64,000 bases of DNA from Tubiluchus corallicola (lineage: Eukaryota > Animalia > Priapulida). The position numbers were made by a program, and so were the translations under genes. The notes below the pieces were generated by a model. The model saw only the letters and a program-made list of their open reading frames with translations, was not told where the DNA came from and ran no database searches. Positions 1 through 11,442 of the stretch are shown here, piece by piece (the first letter of the stretch is position 1; each line of letters starts with the position of its first letter). The DNA is taken from NCBI GenBank assembly GCA_030141605.1, contig JAQGDQ010000441.1, forward strand, positions 62,001-126,000. Direction: 5' to 3'.

Positions 1-2668
1 GTGTAACTGGGGATCACTAGGCAAGTATTGCATTTTCTTTCTAGTTACGATCGATTATTTTTTTATAGGCCAGGGGATGTATATTTTGGACAGTAAATTA
101 AAATGAGACTGAGTTCGTAGCCACACGTAGCTTTGAAAGTTTAACAAAATTTAAGTGTCCGAGGTAATTATTATTTAATTTAAGCTTTGATTAAAAAAAA
201 AGCTGTTGTAGTTTTAAATATGTTAGAGCATTCTTTATTCTGAACTAACATTTTTACACAATCGTCCGGTTTTCCTTTAAATGTAATCTATTGTACAGTG
301 GTTTTATGCAGGGATGAGAATTATACGCGGATACGGACCCAGTACATTATTTCACAAGCTGACCGCTGGTTGGCTGGCCATAACTTTGTTTACATCACGT
401 ACATCAGTGTAACCACGTGTATATCTCTATGTATAAAAATACAGAATCAATTGTGTGGAGTTATTTGAGTCAATTGCAGACAGTTTTTATATACTTTTGC
501 ATAGGAGCAGCCAGTACTTAGGCATTTTTCAGACAATTAGGTATCATGTATCCTTGATAGTTGGGTATTTTAAATTATGCATGAAACAAGGTAATTGATA
601 TTTTAAGTCCACTTAGAGGCTCTCTATGGTCACAAAATTGCAATTTGTTGCTTCGCCCCCTTGAACCCCATGGGGCTTTGCCCCTCAACCCCATGGGGGC
701 CTATGCGGTCCCAAAATCCTCGGCCTGTTTCAGAGTTTTTTGCAATTTGTCATTTTCATTCCTGTTTATGTTCAACTTTTCATGCCGTTTTCAAATTACC
801 TCACATTGATTGCATCTCATCTGACTTGCAGCAAGGATGATCCACGACAGCGTGATGAAGAATCCGGTTGAAAAAGTGATCCGGGTGCCGAATCCGCGCT
901 TTACCCCTTCATCGTGAGTTAACATTCTTATAAAGATTTTTGGAATAAAGTTCTCAATCAATCAATTTATTTCACTGCAGCAATACATATACAATACATC
1001 AACATACAATATTATTGAAACAAAAAGAAACAGTATAGGTAAAAAAGGTACTATTTGAAACTATAAATAGTTTTGTGTATTTTTACTTGGGCACTTATTT
1101 TATTCCAGTTACTGGGGGCAGTGAATTTAATAAAGTGCCTGGCACTATTTGTACGACAGTGAGGGACATGATATTCGTTGAACCTTGTAAAGTAATGTTC
1201 TGCATAAAGCAGTCAGTTTATTATATAGGAAATATTTTGAAGAAATGGCATTATTTTGTAATAAGAAAGTATTTATGATGGTTTTTTTCTGCAATTTCAG
1301 GATAGTGCATAAAATTGAGGTTATATTTAGTCACCTGCTACCGGCTTTTCTTATGGATCTTGGACGACGTTTTCTCGGCAGGAAGCCCATGTATGCCTCT
1401 CTTTTTCATTAAATGTACTATGAAAAGGGTGTTAGGGCAAGTTGCCCTCTTGTTAGGAGGAGAAGCAGATCTTTTGAATTAATTACGCTGTGCTGTATAT
1501 AATAATTCAAAAAATGGGTCGTTAGCTGTTTGAGAGATCATTAACTTGAGCGGAAAAAACATAATTTTAGCATTTTAACCCTTTCACTGCTTAGTTGCTT
1601 TTTAACTGGGCCACGTTGACTTTAACTGGGCATTTGACAATAACTTATTGTGGTGTGTTACTAAAACAGAATCTTATAAAGGAACAAGTAGTTGTTTGTT
1701 ATTGAGTACTGACATAAATATTAATTTTATTTCTACACATGCACACACGAACGAGCACACACACATACGCTGACACACACACTCACACACGCACGCACGC
1801 ACGCACACGAACGAGCATACATACATTCACTCACACACAAACGCATAGGTGCACACAATCATAAATAAGCATGTACTTATATTTAGAAACAAGTTTTCAC
1901 AAAAGACACAATACTAATCCATAATATACATTCATTTTATAAGTATGCAGAACAATTCACTAAACATACGTTTCACCAACGATCTACAAGTAATTTTGCA
2001 TGGGAACGTACCTGGTACAGTATCGTGGAATGCACCTGGCTTCAGACACTGCTTGGCTGGTTAGCGTTACTTGTATGGCAACAACTCCAATCCCACAGCT
2101 GTTAAACTTTTCTATAATGTTTTGCACGGCCATAGCAGTGAACTAAACAGACCTGGGTGACTATGCTTAGTGCTAAGCTCGGGCAGCAGTCTACCGCCTC
2201 CCGTCCCTTGCATGAAAAACATAGGTGGCTGTGTGCTACCTTCCGTAGTGAAAGGATTAAGGTTTATTAAGAAGAAGTATGGTATAGTGAACTTGATTAT
2301 TGTCAGCGTGATTACAACCAGGCTATGCATAGAGGCCTTAGAGTTGAATATGTAAAGTTATTCGTATTTGTAAAGTTATTCACTTTTCAACCAGACGGTT
2401 TAGCCTAGTGGTAATGCATCTGCTTTCCATCTGGGAGGTCGTGAGTTCGAACCAGCGGCCGGGTCATACCAAAAACTTTAAGAATGGTACCTGCTCTGCC
2501 CTGCCTGACGCGTGGTATTTAGGGTAAAAGTGGGGTAATAATAGTCTCTGTTATGTAGTTGTAGGTGGTTATTTACAGTCGGTGAGAATAGCTCTTTGAG
2601 CTAATGTTAATTGTTGACCCAGAAGCCGTCTTTAAATAAAGATTATTATTATTATTATTATTATTATT

Positions 2669-2706
<38 letters not shown>

Positions 2707-2707
2707 T

Positions 2708-2754
<47 letters not shown>

Positions 2755-5700
2755 TATTATTATTGGGTACTAATTAAACTCACAGCAATGTTGGGTTTAT
2801 AAAATCTTTTTGGTTCTGCAAATTAAAGCAACTGTTGAGTTTCCAGATAGTTTTCTTGGAGTAAGAAAGATAGTGACAGGTAAGCATTGTGATGTGGGAA
2901 ACAGCTAATCTTAAGCATCTACATTTTTAATGCTGTCATTTTTTTGCAGAAGTTGTTCAACAGTTTTATATAAACTTCTGTTATCCAGAAATGTGTTACT
3001 GTATTACGCGCAAGAGCTTTCGAAACGTTACAGGAACAGATTTGAGTTTCACCAGTATGGAATGATAATCATGTATTTGTTGCAGTTGGTCATAGGAGTC
3101 TATCAGTTCTGTCAAACAAATTCTTAAACAACCGCTTCTGTACTAAACTTCAGAAATTTTTGAACGAGAAAGCTGGTCAATTCAAAATTAAATAGACAAA
3201 TCGGCAACATTAGTCTCGTGTATGGGATCATTTAAGTGTTTTGGTATTGATTCGTCGGTAACCTAGATAAGCCTCTCCATGTGTTGGATTCAAATTACAT
3301 TTGTAATAAATCATTACTTTTTTATAGTAATAAAAATGGACCACTAAAGCATTATTTGAATTTGTATATCTGCTTTTTTTCTGTGTATAAGCAACACAAA
3401 TTATTTCAAAAATTTGTCTCCATAATTTAACAGTTAAGTAACAATTTATCATTTATTTAGTTAACAAAAATTTGCTCAGCCACAGGGTGAAAAGTCAGTC
3501 AACTTCAACCAAGCTAGCTGTGTGAGTCAGCTGATGTAGTAACAGTTGACTTAGCTTCAACGTCTATATATTAGTATTTCATCGAGGGTATAGCAAAATT
3601 TACTGATTTCTGTACCGTGTTGCGTTTGTAAAACTGTTGTTCTTTACAGATTGATGCGCTTGTACGACAAACTGCATAAAGCAGTGGCAAATCTGGACTA
3701 TTTTACATCACACGAGTGGGATTTTGCGCAAAGTAATTCCATTATACTAAGAAATTTGATGTCCGAAGAAGACAGAAAGGTTTGGCTTCTTTTCTTTGCA
3801 GTTCCAACACAGACTAGAACTATTACAAAATACATGCACTATTGCAAAATACATACACCATTGCAAAAGAACTGTGTAAAAGTATCTACATTCAATGGCT
3901 GTCACAAGTATATGAAAAAATTTTTAGATAACTTTTCAGTCATAGAAGTGCTGATCTACAGCTTAGAATGAGGTCCCACAATAGAGGTGCAGACCCACAG
4001 CTTCACCTTAGAATGAGGTCCCACAATAGAGGTGCAGACCCACAGCTACAGCTAGAATGAGGTCCCACAATGGAGGTGCAGACCCACAGCTTCACCTTAG
4101 AATGAGGTCCCACAATAGATGTGCAGACCCACAGCTTCACCTTAGAATGAGGTCCCACAATAGAGGTGCAGACCCACAGCTTCACCTTAGAATGAGGTCC
4201 CACAATAGAGGTGCAGACCCACAGCTTCACCTTAGAATGAGGTCCCACAATATAGATGTGCAGACCCACAGCTACAGCTAGAATGAGGTCCCACAATGGA
4301 GGTGCAGACCCACAGCTTCACCTTAGAATGAGGTCCCACAATAGATGTGCAGACCCACAGCTTCACCTTAGAATGAGGTCCCACAATAGATGTGCAGACC
4401 CACAGCTTCACCTTAGAATGAGGTCCCACAATAGATGTGCAGACCCACAGCTTCACCTTAGAATGAGGTCCCACAATAGAGGTGCAGACCCACAGCTTCA
4501 CCTTAGAAGTCCCACAATAGAGGCGCAGATGAAGTCACTTTCACAAAAACTCACAATAGGCAAAAATTTATTTTGACGCATTTTGATCATGTGATGTTAA
4601 TGATTTAGAAAAGTACGATTTAGAAAAGTATATTTTTTAATTTATTGTTAATTCACTTATATAAATTAATATTTTAAAATATTTTTTTCTAATTTTTAAC
4701 TGCACAAAGGAATTTAGGCATTAGTTCGTTTCTAAAATTGATTAAAGGCCTTTGCAGTGCATAGTAAGCTGATGACTCATACTTCTATGCCAGTAATGCT
4801 ACACCCATTGGTTAATAGGTTCAGTCGGTTAGTAGGGCCAAAACACCTGGGTCCCAAAGTGAGTCTATTAAGCGGCGCCTATTGTAATTTGATTATTTAG
4901 GTGGGATACTATGAATGCGGTACGTTCATTTTCTTACAGATTTTCAGTTTTGATGCAGAAGATCTTCAGTGGGATGCTTATATTGATAACTACATACTGG
5001 GTGCCAAAGTTCATGTATTGAAAGAGGATCTAGCAGGTTTGCCTGCTGCTAGAAAGCATATGAGAAAGTGAGTAGTTCTTATTTATAAATGTTTATGCTT
5101 AATTAAGCATTTATATGTTAATGAGGATGATAATATAAGTAGTCATCCACTTATTGATAATACAAGTAGTCATCCACTTATTGATAATACAAGTAGTCAT
5201 CCACTTATTGATAATACAAGTAGTCATCCACTTATTGATAATATAAGTAGTCATCCACTTATTGATGATATAAGTAGTCATCCACTTATTGATAATATAT
5301 GTAGTCATCCACTTACGGCCACAATCGGTTCCACTTGATTGGCCGTAAAACTACTTTAATGTAAGTCAGACCCGTATGTTCAAGTGGTGCGCCCCTGCGC
5401 GTGTAAGATGTTGTGTGCATAGCCAGTGGCATCTCATAGCTGAAATTAGGGGAGTGGGGGTGCTGTTTCAGCAAATTTTTAGCCATTGTTTTAATACTGT
5501 GTAAAATGTAACAAACATATGTAATTTTAATGTTGTTGTTACATTTGAAGATCGGGTGTTGAACGGTCTCTTTTCTTAACTGCAACTTTCTCATGGAGAG
5601 TCAACTGTGAAAAATTAAGCTGTTATAGTTCACTTACAGTCACAGAACTTATTTCTTGGTGATACAAGGCGTCCGTTATTAAATAATTTATGTTTTAAAA

Positions 5701-6150
5701 CACGCACGCAAAGTTTACGCTTTATCATATCCAAAAATATGACGGTAGTATGTAAGTGGTATAAAATTTCGAGACGAATTTTTCAAGCTTAATGTAAGTG
5801 GAGGGTTTTCTTGTGCTTTAACGATAGCCGTGTAATAATGCATCTATTTAGACTGGACCGTAATGATTAGTTACCCCATTTGTATAAGTAATGTACATGT
5901 AACTATTATTATGGTCAACAAACTAACTAACTGACTAACTATACAATGCTTTACTGTTACTTTTACTTTGACTGTTTAATTTGTTTTCAGATTACAAGCG
6001 ATTCAGTACATGCTGCAAATCGTCTTGTTCTGCGTTGTGTGGAGATTTCTCATCGCACGAACAAATATCTCGCGCAAGCTCTGGCACTTTGTAATCTCAC
6101 TTAGTCAGAAATTTGTTATACGTCTACCAATGGTGACGCGATCTTCTTAA
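1..6150 (+). CDS. FAR1: Fatty acyl-CoA reductase (FAR1-like), 3' part; exons <1-20, 832-913, 1301-1390, 3650-3779, 4940-5067, 5991-6150 (stop TAA 6148-6150)
   Basis: Phase-consistent splicing gives CNWGSLARMIHDSVMKNPVEKVIRVPNPRFTPS..VIFSHLLPAFLMDLGRRFLGRKP..LYDKLHKAVANLDYFTSHEWDF..IFSFDAEDLQWDAYIDNYILGAKVHVLKEDLAGLPAARKHMRKLQAIQYMLQIVLFCVVWRFLIAR..LWHFVISL..*. This matches the FAR C-terminal (Sterile) domain and membrane tail. The first in-window intron has a GC donor; the rest are GT-AG. FAR1 vs other FAR paralog is not resolvable. Confidence 0.9.
309..764 (+). mobile_element. MITE family A (TIR CAGGGATGAGAAT, 6-bp TSD); other copies 20268-20637, 31809-32266(-), 41876-42383, 54980-55498, 63885->64000
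   Basis: Six homologous copies; TSDs TTTATG/TTTATG, TGGTAT/TGGTAT, TTGCTT/TTACTT, TATTTA/TATTTC. Confidence 0.88.
1579..2256. mobile_element. piggyBac-like MITE containing a (CA)n-rich tract
   Basis: TTAA|CCCTTTCACTGC...GTAGTGAAAGGA|TTAA. Confidence 0.7.
2390..2765 (+). mobile_element. tRNA-derived SINE (Meta-domain-like core), tail expanded to (TAT)n(CAT)n(TAT)n
   Basis: A box TAGCCTAGTGG, B box GAGTTCGAACC, core GGCCGGGTCATACCAAA.ACTTTAA.AATGGTACCTGC, AATAAAGA(TTA)n tail; second copy at 59481. Meta-domain assignment is from recall. Confidence 0.85.
3961..4525. repeat. 45-bp minisatellite, ~12.5 copies (FAR intron)
   Basis: Unit CTTAGAATGAGGTCCCACAATAGAGGTGCAGACCCACAGCTTCAC. Confidence 0.95.
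5129..5315. repeat. 27-bp minisatellite, ~7 copies
   Basis: Unit GATAATACAAGTAGTCATCCACTTATT. Confidence 0.95.
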
Positions 6151-6335
6151 TTCTTCTTCTACCTCTACTACCTTTCCTTAACATTCGCACTCCGTACAAG
6201 ATGTGAATTGTTTAAAAAGTCTACGCGCACCAACAAATTATCGGAGTACAAAATGATCATCTGGGCTGTTTGAATCGTAAATATTTTAAGCATTTCATTA
6301 AAATTTTTTCGCCAACATTGGACGTACATTTACAG

Positions 6336-6979
6336 CAGCGGTTCCTAACCTTTTACTAGCCAAGTACCCTTTCGAAATTCAACGATCTGTCGCCTACCTC
6401 TTAACATTTTTTACCAATATGAGTTTCAAGAAAATATTTTTTACTACTATGATTTAGCTATACAAGCGTGATTTAATTATACATGCAAAACCGATAAACG
6501 AAACGCCAAATTCAAGAACAAAATGTAAGAATTAGATGATCTGTTGTCAAATCAGAAGACGAACTTGCAGTCGAACTGTGAAGTAGTCTCAATGGCTGCT
6601 TTGTTGATGCAGGCTTCTGAAAACCACCAACCTCACTTACCGCCATCTGTCAACACGTTTGCTGTGCCAAACATCTATTTTACGTAATAAATTAACCCCA
6701 TTATGATACCAAATGATTATGAATTTCCAAAAAATAAAAAAAAAACAAATTAACCTTTTAAAATACAAACAATCATGATGTTTAAGGATTTAAATCTTGT
6801 AACTCTTTCTTTCCTCTCACCACGAGGCTGTTACTCCCATAAAATTCGTACTCGATACGTGTACGCTGTACGGCAAAGAAGCACGTTCTGACGTGTTACA
6901 CGACACAAGTTTTGCGTACCCCTGGCTTTGCTGTTTCATACCCCAAAGAGGTACTTGTACCCCAGGTTAGAAACCACTG
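6336..6979. mobile_element. hAT (Charlie-like) MITE
   Basis: CAGCGGTTCCTAACC...GGTTAGAAACCACTG; 8-bp TSD ATTTACAG/CTTTACAG. Confidence 0.8.
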
Positions 6980-7010
6980 CTTTACAGCAATGCGTCACTT
7001 CGTACAGCAA

Positions 7011-7282
7011 TTTTGTGCGGGATGTGGTATAGTTTTGTGCGGGATGTGGTACAGTTTTGTGCGGGATATGGTACGGTTTTGTGCGGGATGTGGTACAGTT
7101 TTGTGCGGGATGTGGTACAGTTTTCTGTGGGATGTGGCACAGTTTTGTGCGGGATGTGGTACAGTTTTGTGCGGGATGTGGTATAGTTTTGTGCGGGATG
7201 TGGTACAGTTTTGTGCGGGATGTGGTACAGTTTTGTGCGGGATGTGGTACAGTTTTGTGCGGGATATGGTACGGTTTTGTGC
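7011..7282. repeat. 22-bp minisatellite, ~12 copies
   Basis: Unit TTTTGTGCGGGATGTGGTACAG. Confidence 0.95.
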
Positions 7283-7856
7283 CTATGAAGTGGCTACTTC
7301 AACCACTTATTTGCCCTTTAAGTGAAAAAGCCCATTAATTTTGTTAATAGCTGACTGGTATTGCAGGAATCTTCATTGTCTTCGTGATTGTAAATGTACC
7401 TTTGATTAATGGATCTGTTTATTTAGAATGTTGTAATTACAATTTACCGAAATTGATGATCTTAGTCATTTATGAATCTGAGCTTAACGTATTACTGTAA
7501 ACCGTAAACTCTGTGCATGCTGGAAACGATTGTAAATTCTGCGCGGAATGCCAGATGCAAAATTTGCAAGCGTTCGAGTTACAATGCTATTGTAAGTTAC
7601 TACTACCTCTTTGCGTCAGCATGTTAGCCTGGTTTAGTGATAGGCATTCATAAGATTGGCTGATAGTGGGTATATGGATTTTTACGACTTGGGTTACTGT
7701 ACATAGTATTATCCACCCAGTGTTGCTATAGCAACAGCTGATAAATGTGCAAGTTTTTGTATTGCTGATAAATACAGAAAATTATTAACGAGGGTCTCGT
7801 CACTTTGCAATGTTCTTTAGTGTGAAATGAAGCCATAAAAGTGATCTTCAACATGT

Positions 7857-8200
7857 GACGTCGTCGTCCATTGAATCATATGTCCAGGGACATGATTCTG
7901 TTCACCTCTTTATGCCGGGACTCCCTACTCGCCGCAATGCCCCAAGTGGATTTATTTCTAAGGATCAATGCTGAAGTGTTTAAATCTTTCTGTGCAAAAT
8001 CTAAGCATGTTAACATTTGTCCTCCTGCAGGTTTTTTAGCTGGTTCTATGTCTTGTTGAAGAGCTATCTTCACTGGATCAGGTAGTCTATGAACGTGCAC
8101 AATCCATCTTAAACGGCGTCTTTTTATTTTTCTTGTCCAAGATTCCTGTTTTTTTCATATAGATCTTTGTTTGAGATTTTAACCCATGTGATTTGCTTAG
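7857..8200 (-). mobile_element. RTE-like LINE 3' fragment
   Basis: KISNKDLYEK..RRRLRW..HRLPD.VKIAL..KKPAGGQ; homologous to 56900-57434. Confidence 0.75.
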
Positions 8201-8463
8201 AATGCTCGTCGCAAAAACTTCACTTCGCAAACGAGGCTAAATGTACGATTTAGCTCGTACATTATTTCCGGTTTACAGTAATTTATTGAATGTTGTGACC
8301 GTGATAGTCATATTAGTAAACCAAAGAGGAAAACAGGTAGGACAGTGTGGGTGGCTAGTTTCATTCTAATATGAATTTTTTCTTACAAATTCTAGAAAGT
8401 ATTGCGGAGAATTGGCAATTTAGAATCACGTTTCATGGAAAATTAAATTTCACTTTCATTAAA

Positions 8464-8864
8464 AACATTGTTTAAAGAACTTTTGAAATGCCGTAACATT
8501 GTTTAAACAACTTTTGAAATGCCATAACATTGTTTAAACAACTTTTGAAATTCCGTAACATTGTTTAAACAACTTTTGAAATGCCATAACATTGTTTAAA
8601 CAACTTTTGAAATTCCGTAACATTGTTTAAACAACTTGTGAAATGCCGTAACATTGTTTAAACAACTTGTGAAATGCCGTAACGTTGTTTAAACAACTTG
8701 TGAAACGCCGTAACATTGTTTAAACAACTTTTGAAATTCCGTAACATTGTTTAAACAACTTGTGAAATGCCGTAACATTGTTTAAACAACTTTTGAAATG
8801 CCGTAACATTGTTTAAACAACTTTTGAAATGCCGTAACATCGTTTAAACAACTTTTGAAATGCC
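8464..8864. repeat. 31-bp minisatellite, ~13 copies, palindromic core
   Basis: Unit AACATTGTTTAAACAACTTTTGAAATGCCGT. Confidence 0.95.
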
Positions 8865-9226
8865 TTACTTACCCTACGTTCATCTTCTAAATTATGCCAG
8901 TCTTTAGACTTGGCTGGGTCTAAATTGTTGAAGTGCATTACTATAATGTTATAATACCGTGAAATGATGATAATAATTGCGATAAATATTCCAATTTAAT
9001 TTATTATCAGTATTACTAAATCTAAGTATGTACTGTAACACACCTGTGATTGTATCTGATCGTTTAGCTGTATAATTACAACCGTTTATAGTTATTTTAG
9101 TAAAATTGTACATTTGTTTTCAGCATGAATTTTTCTTTTACTGATATCGTACAAGGTGCCTACGGTACTGCCTTAAATTAAGAGAGTAACGTTATTTGGT
9201 GTTTGCACCCGTGGGATGGTGTAAAG

Positions 9227-9631
9227 CAGGGGTGTGCAAATTATCTGACTAGCCGGGCCACATTAAACTTTCCCGCTCTTCCTGTGGGCCACATGCAGTT
9301 TGGTCGAGGAGCCAAGTACAGTAGGACCTAATAAAGATTTTTTTTCATCCGATTTGCACACATCATTACTACTCCACTACTACACTCAAGAAACTATTTT
9401 AGAAGTTATTAAAATTTATATTAAAAACCAGATATTTCGTCATGTCCGACAATGACAACCGTCTTGTAAGGGTTAATGCCATCCAATCTAGAGGAAAAAA
9501 CTACCCGCACTATCTTTGCGATATTGGCGCAGACTTCAGCTGGATAGCGTGGGCTGCACTTTCATTACGTTGACAAACCTCTTCGCGGGCCGCACAAGAT
9601 CTCTCGGCGGGCCACAGTTTGCACACGCCTG
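9227..9631. mobile_element. hAT (Charlie-like) MITE
   Basis: CAGGGGTGTGCAAA...TTTGCACACGCCTG; perfect 8-bp TSD GTGTAAAG. Confidence 0.85.
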
Positions 9632-9948
9632 GTGTAAAGGTCAACCTATAGGCGTGACTAGAAAACACACACCTCTGGGCCTGGCCGAAGATGTTTAATC
9701 ACGTTTAAGACGTGCCAGCTACTTACCCATTCAGTGGCTGCAGCGGTGATGTCATGCTTATCATTACTTTAATACGTCTAACCGAAAGTTTGAGAATATG
9801 CTTAGAGAATGTTTGATGGTGTTGTGAGCACGTAAAGCGATACTGTATTATGATTTTTTACCACTTGGAAAAGCTTTTGCGGGATCTTTATAATTATTGT
9901 GGAGTACAGGTTATATATACATCTGACTGTTGTGCGTGTATTAAGCTC

Positions 9949-10215
9949 TTTAAGCTGGATGATCCACGGTGCTGCCATCTGGTAACGAAAATAATACTAA
10001 AGCAATTTACACCGCCTTTAAATTGAATTTGTGTTCTGCGTTTTCGTGTGATGTAATAGAATTGTTTTTGAATTTATATAATTTAAGCTGTATGACCCAC
10101 GGTGCTGCCATCTGGTAACGAAAATAATACTAAAGCAATTTACACCGCCTTTAAGTTGAATTTGTTTTCTGCGTTTTCGTGTGACGTAATAGAATCGCTT
10201 TTGAATTTATATAAT
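9949..10215. repeat. 133-bp tandem duplication, each copy carrying a CTCF-like motif
   Basis: CCACGGTGCTGCCATCTGGTAACG at 9964 and 10097. Confidence 0.9.
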
Positions 10216-10929
10216 TATCAGAAAAACTTTCACTGATTAAAGAATGTGATAATTTTTATTACAACTTTATTTGTGCTTCAACATGTACTGCAGTGAAATG
10301 GAAAAAACGTGAGCAGCATTATTTGAGAATTTTTCTTCCAAATTATTTGAGACTGTTCGTTTTGAGATGAATATTTGCTAAGCAAATTGTAGTGACAAAA
10401 ACGTTTTCTGGAAGTCTTAGCTTTAGCATGCCTGTTGTTCAAATTTCTTGTTGAACTGAAATTAGGCTAGTTCTTTGATAACTTAACATCTGTGCACTTG
10501 ATTGTATTCAAAAATGTACATTTAAACTATATTTTTATTTAGTTAGTCAACTGACTGTGATTAATAAAAAATTATAATTTTATGATATTTCGTATACATT
10601 TTAACGATTTTTAGCAACTGTAGTAATTATTTGTACTTTTCATGTGTTTTGTCAGTAAAATTAGATTATAATTTATACGAGTTATGCTAGCATGACCTTA
10701 TCGGCTGTCTTCATTCTACCTTTTTGTCTACTCCCAGGAAAACATAAGATCTTAGTTTGACCCGCTTGGAGCAATTTAAGACACTTTTTGATATTTGATT
10801 ATTTTGAATTGCTTGATCTGATTTGACGTGATATTTACATGCGTTGTCTTTACCCTCGTTGTTGTTTTCTAGAGAGGACTAAACTCCATGTTATTTGTGT
10901 TCAAAACCAAAGTTTGTGAAGAAGTGATC

Positions 10930-11442
10930 CAGTGGCGGCTCATAGCTAAAATTAGTGGGGTGCTGCTTCAAAAAAGTTTAGTTATTGTTTTAGTACTGTG
11001 TAAACCAAGAAACCATGTAATTTTAATGTTGTAATTGTAATTTTTTACAAACGAACATACGAAAGTTTATACATAAACTTGATAAAATTCTAAACAAAAA
11101 AGTATTTTTTACTTTACTAATGACCTAAATTGTTGCAGTTCAATCTTGATCCATTTACATTCAGCACGTGACAACTGACAGCAAACTGTGTGAGCGACAG
11201 TACTTTTTCTACCTGGGCTCAGACATGTGCACATGGCCGCATTCGCACAACAGCCAAACGTTGCATTGCTTGTGTGCACTGTGCTAGACTGTGAATCAAA
11301 CAGTACTACCCTCACATGCTCTGGCTTCGTACAAGTATAAAGAAAGAACTAAAGAAAAAACTCATTATATTGAATATCGATAATATCGGGTGAATATAGG
11401 GGGTGCTGCAGTTCCACAGCACCTATACACGAGCCACCACTG
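10930..11442 (+). mobile_element. hAT-like MITE family B (TIR CAGTGGCGGCTC); other copies 35163-35490(-, partial), 51219-52227, 62983-63596(-)
   Basis: Homologous copies; the copy at 62983 has a perfect 8-bp TSD TCTTGAAT. Confidence 0.8.

Noticed and set aside
2390-2465. tRNA gene
   Set aside because: A/B boxes are present but there is no closed acceptor stem; the sequence continues into a SINE body repeated at 59481.
2611-2802. Poly-His/poly-Tyr ORFs (also 59701-59924)
   Set aside because: Translations of microsatellite SINE tails.
4003-7338. Repeat-peptide ORFs at 4003-4576, 5111-5308 and 6912-7338 (also 63315-63574)
   Set aside because: Open frames produced by minisatellites, often in several frames or strands, located in introns, UTR or MITEs.
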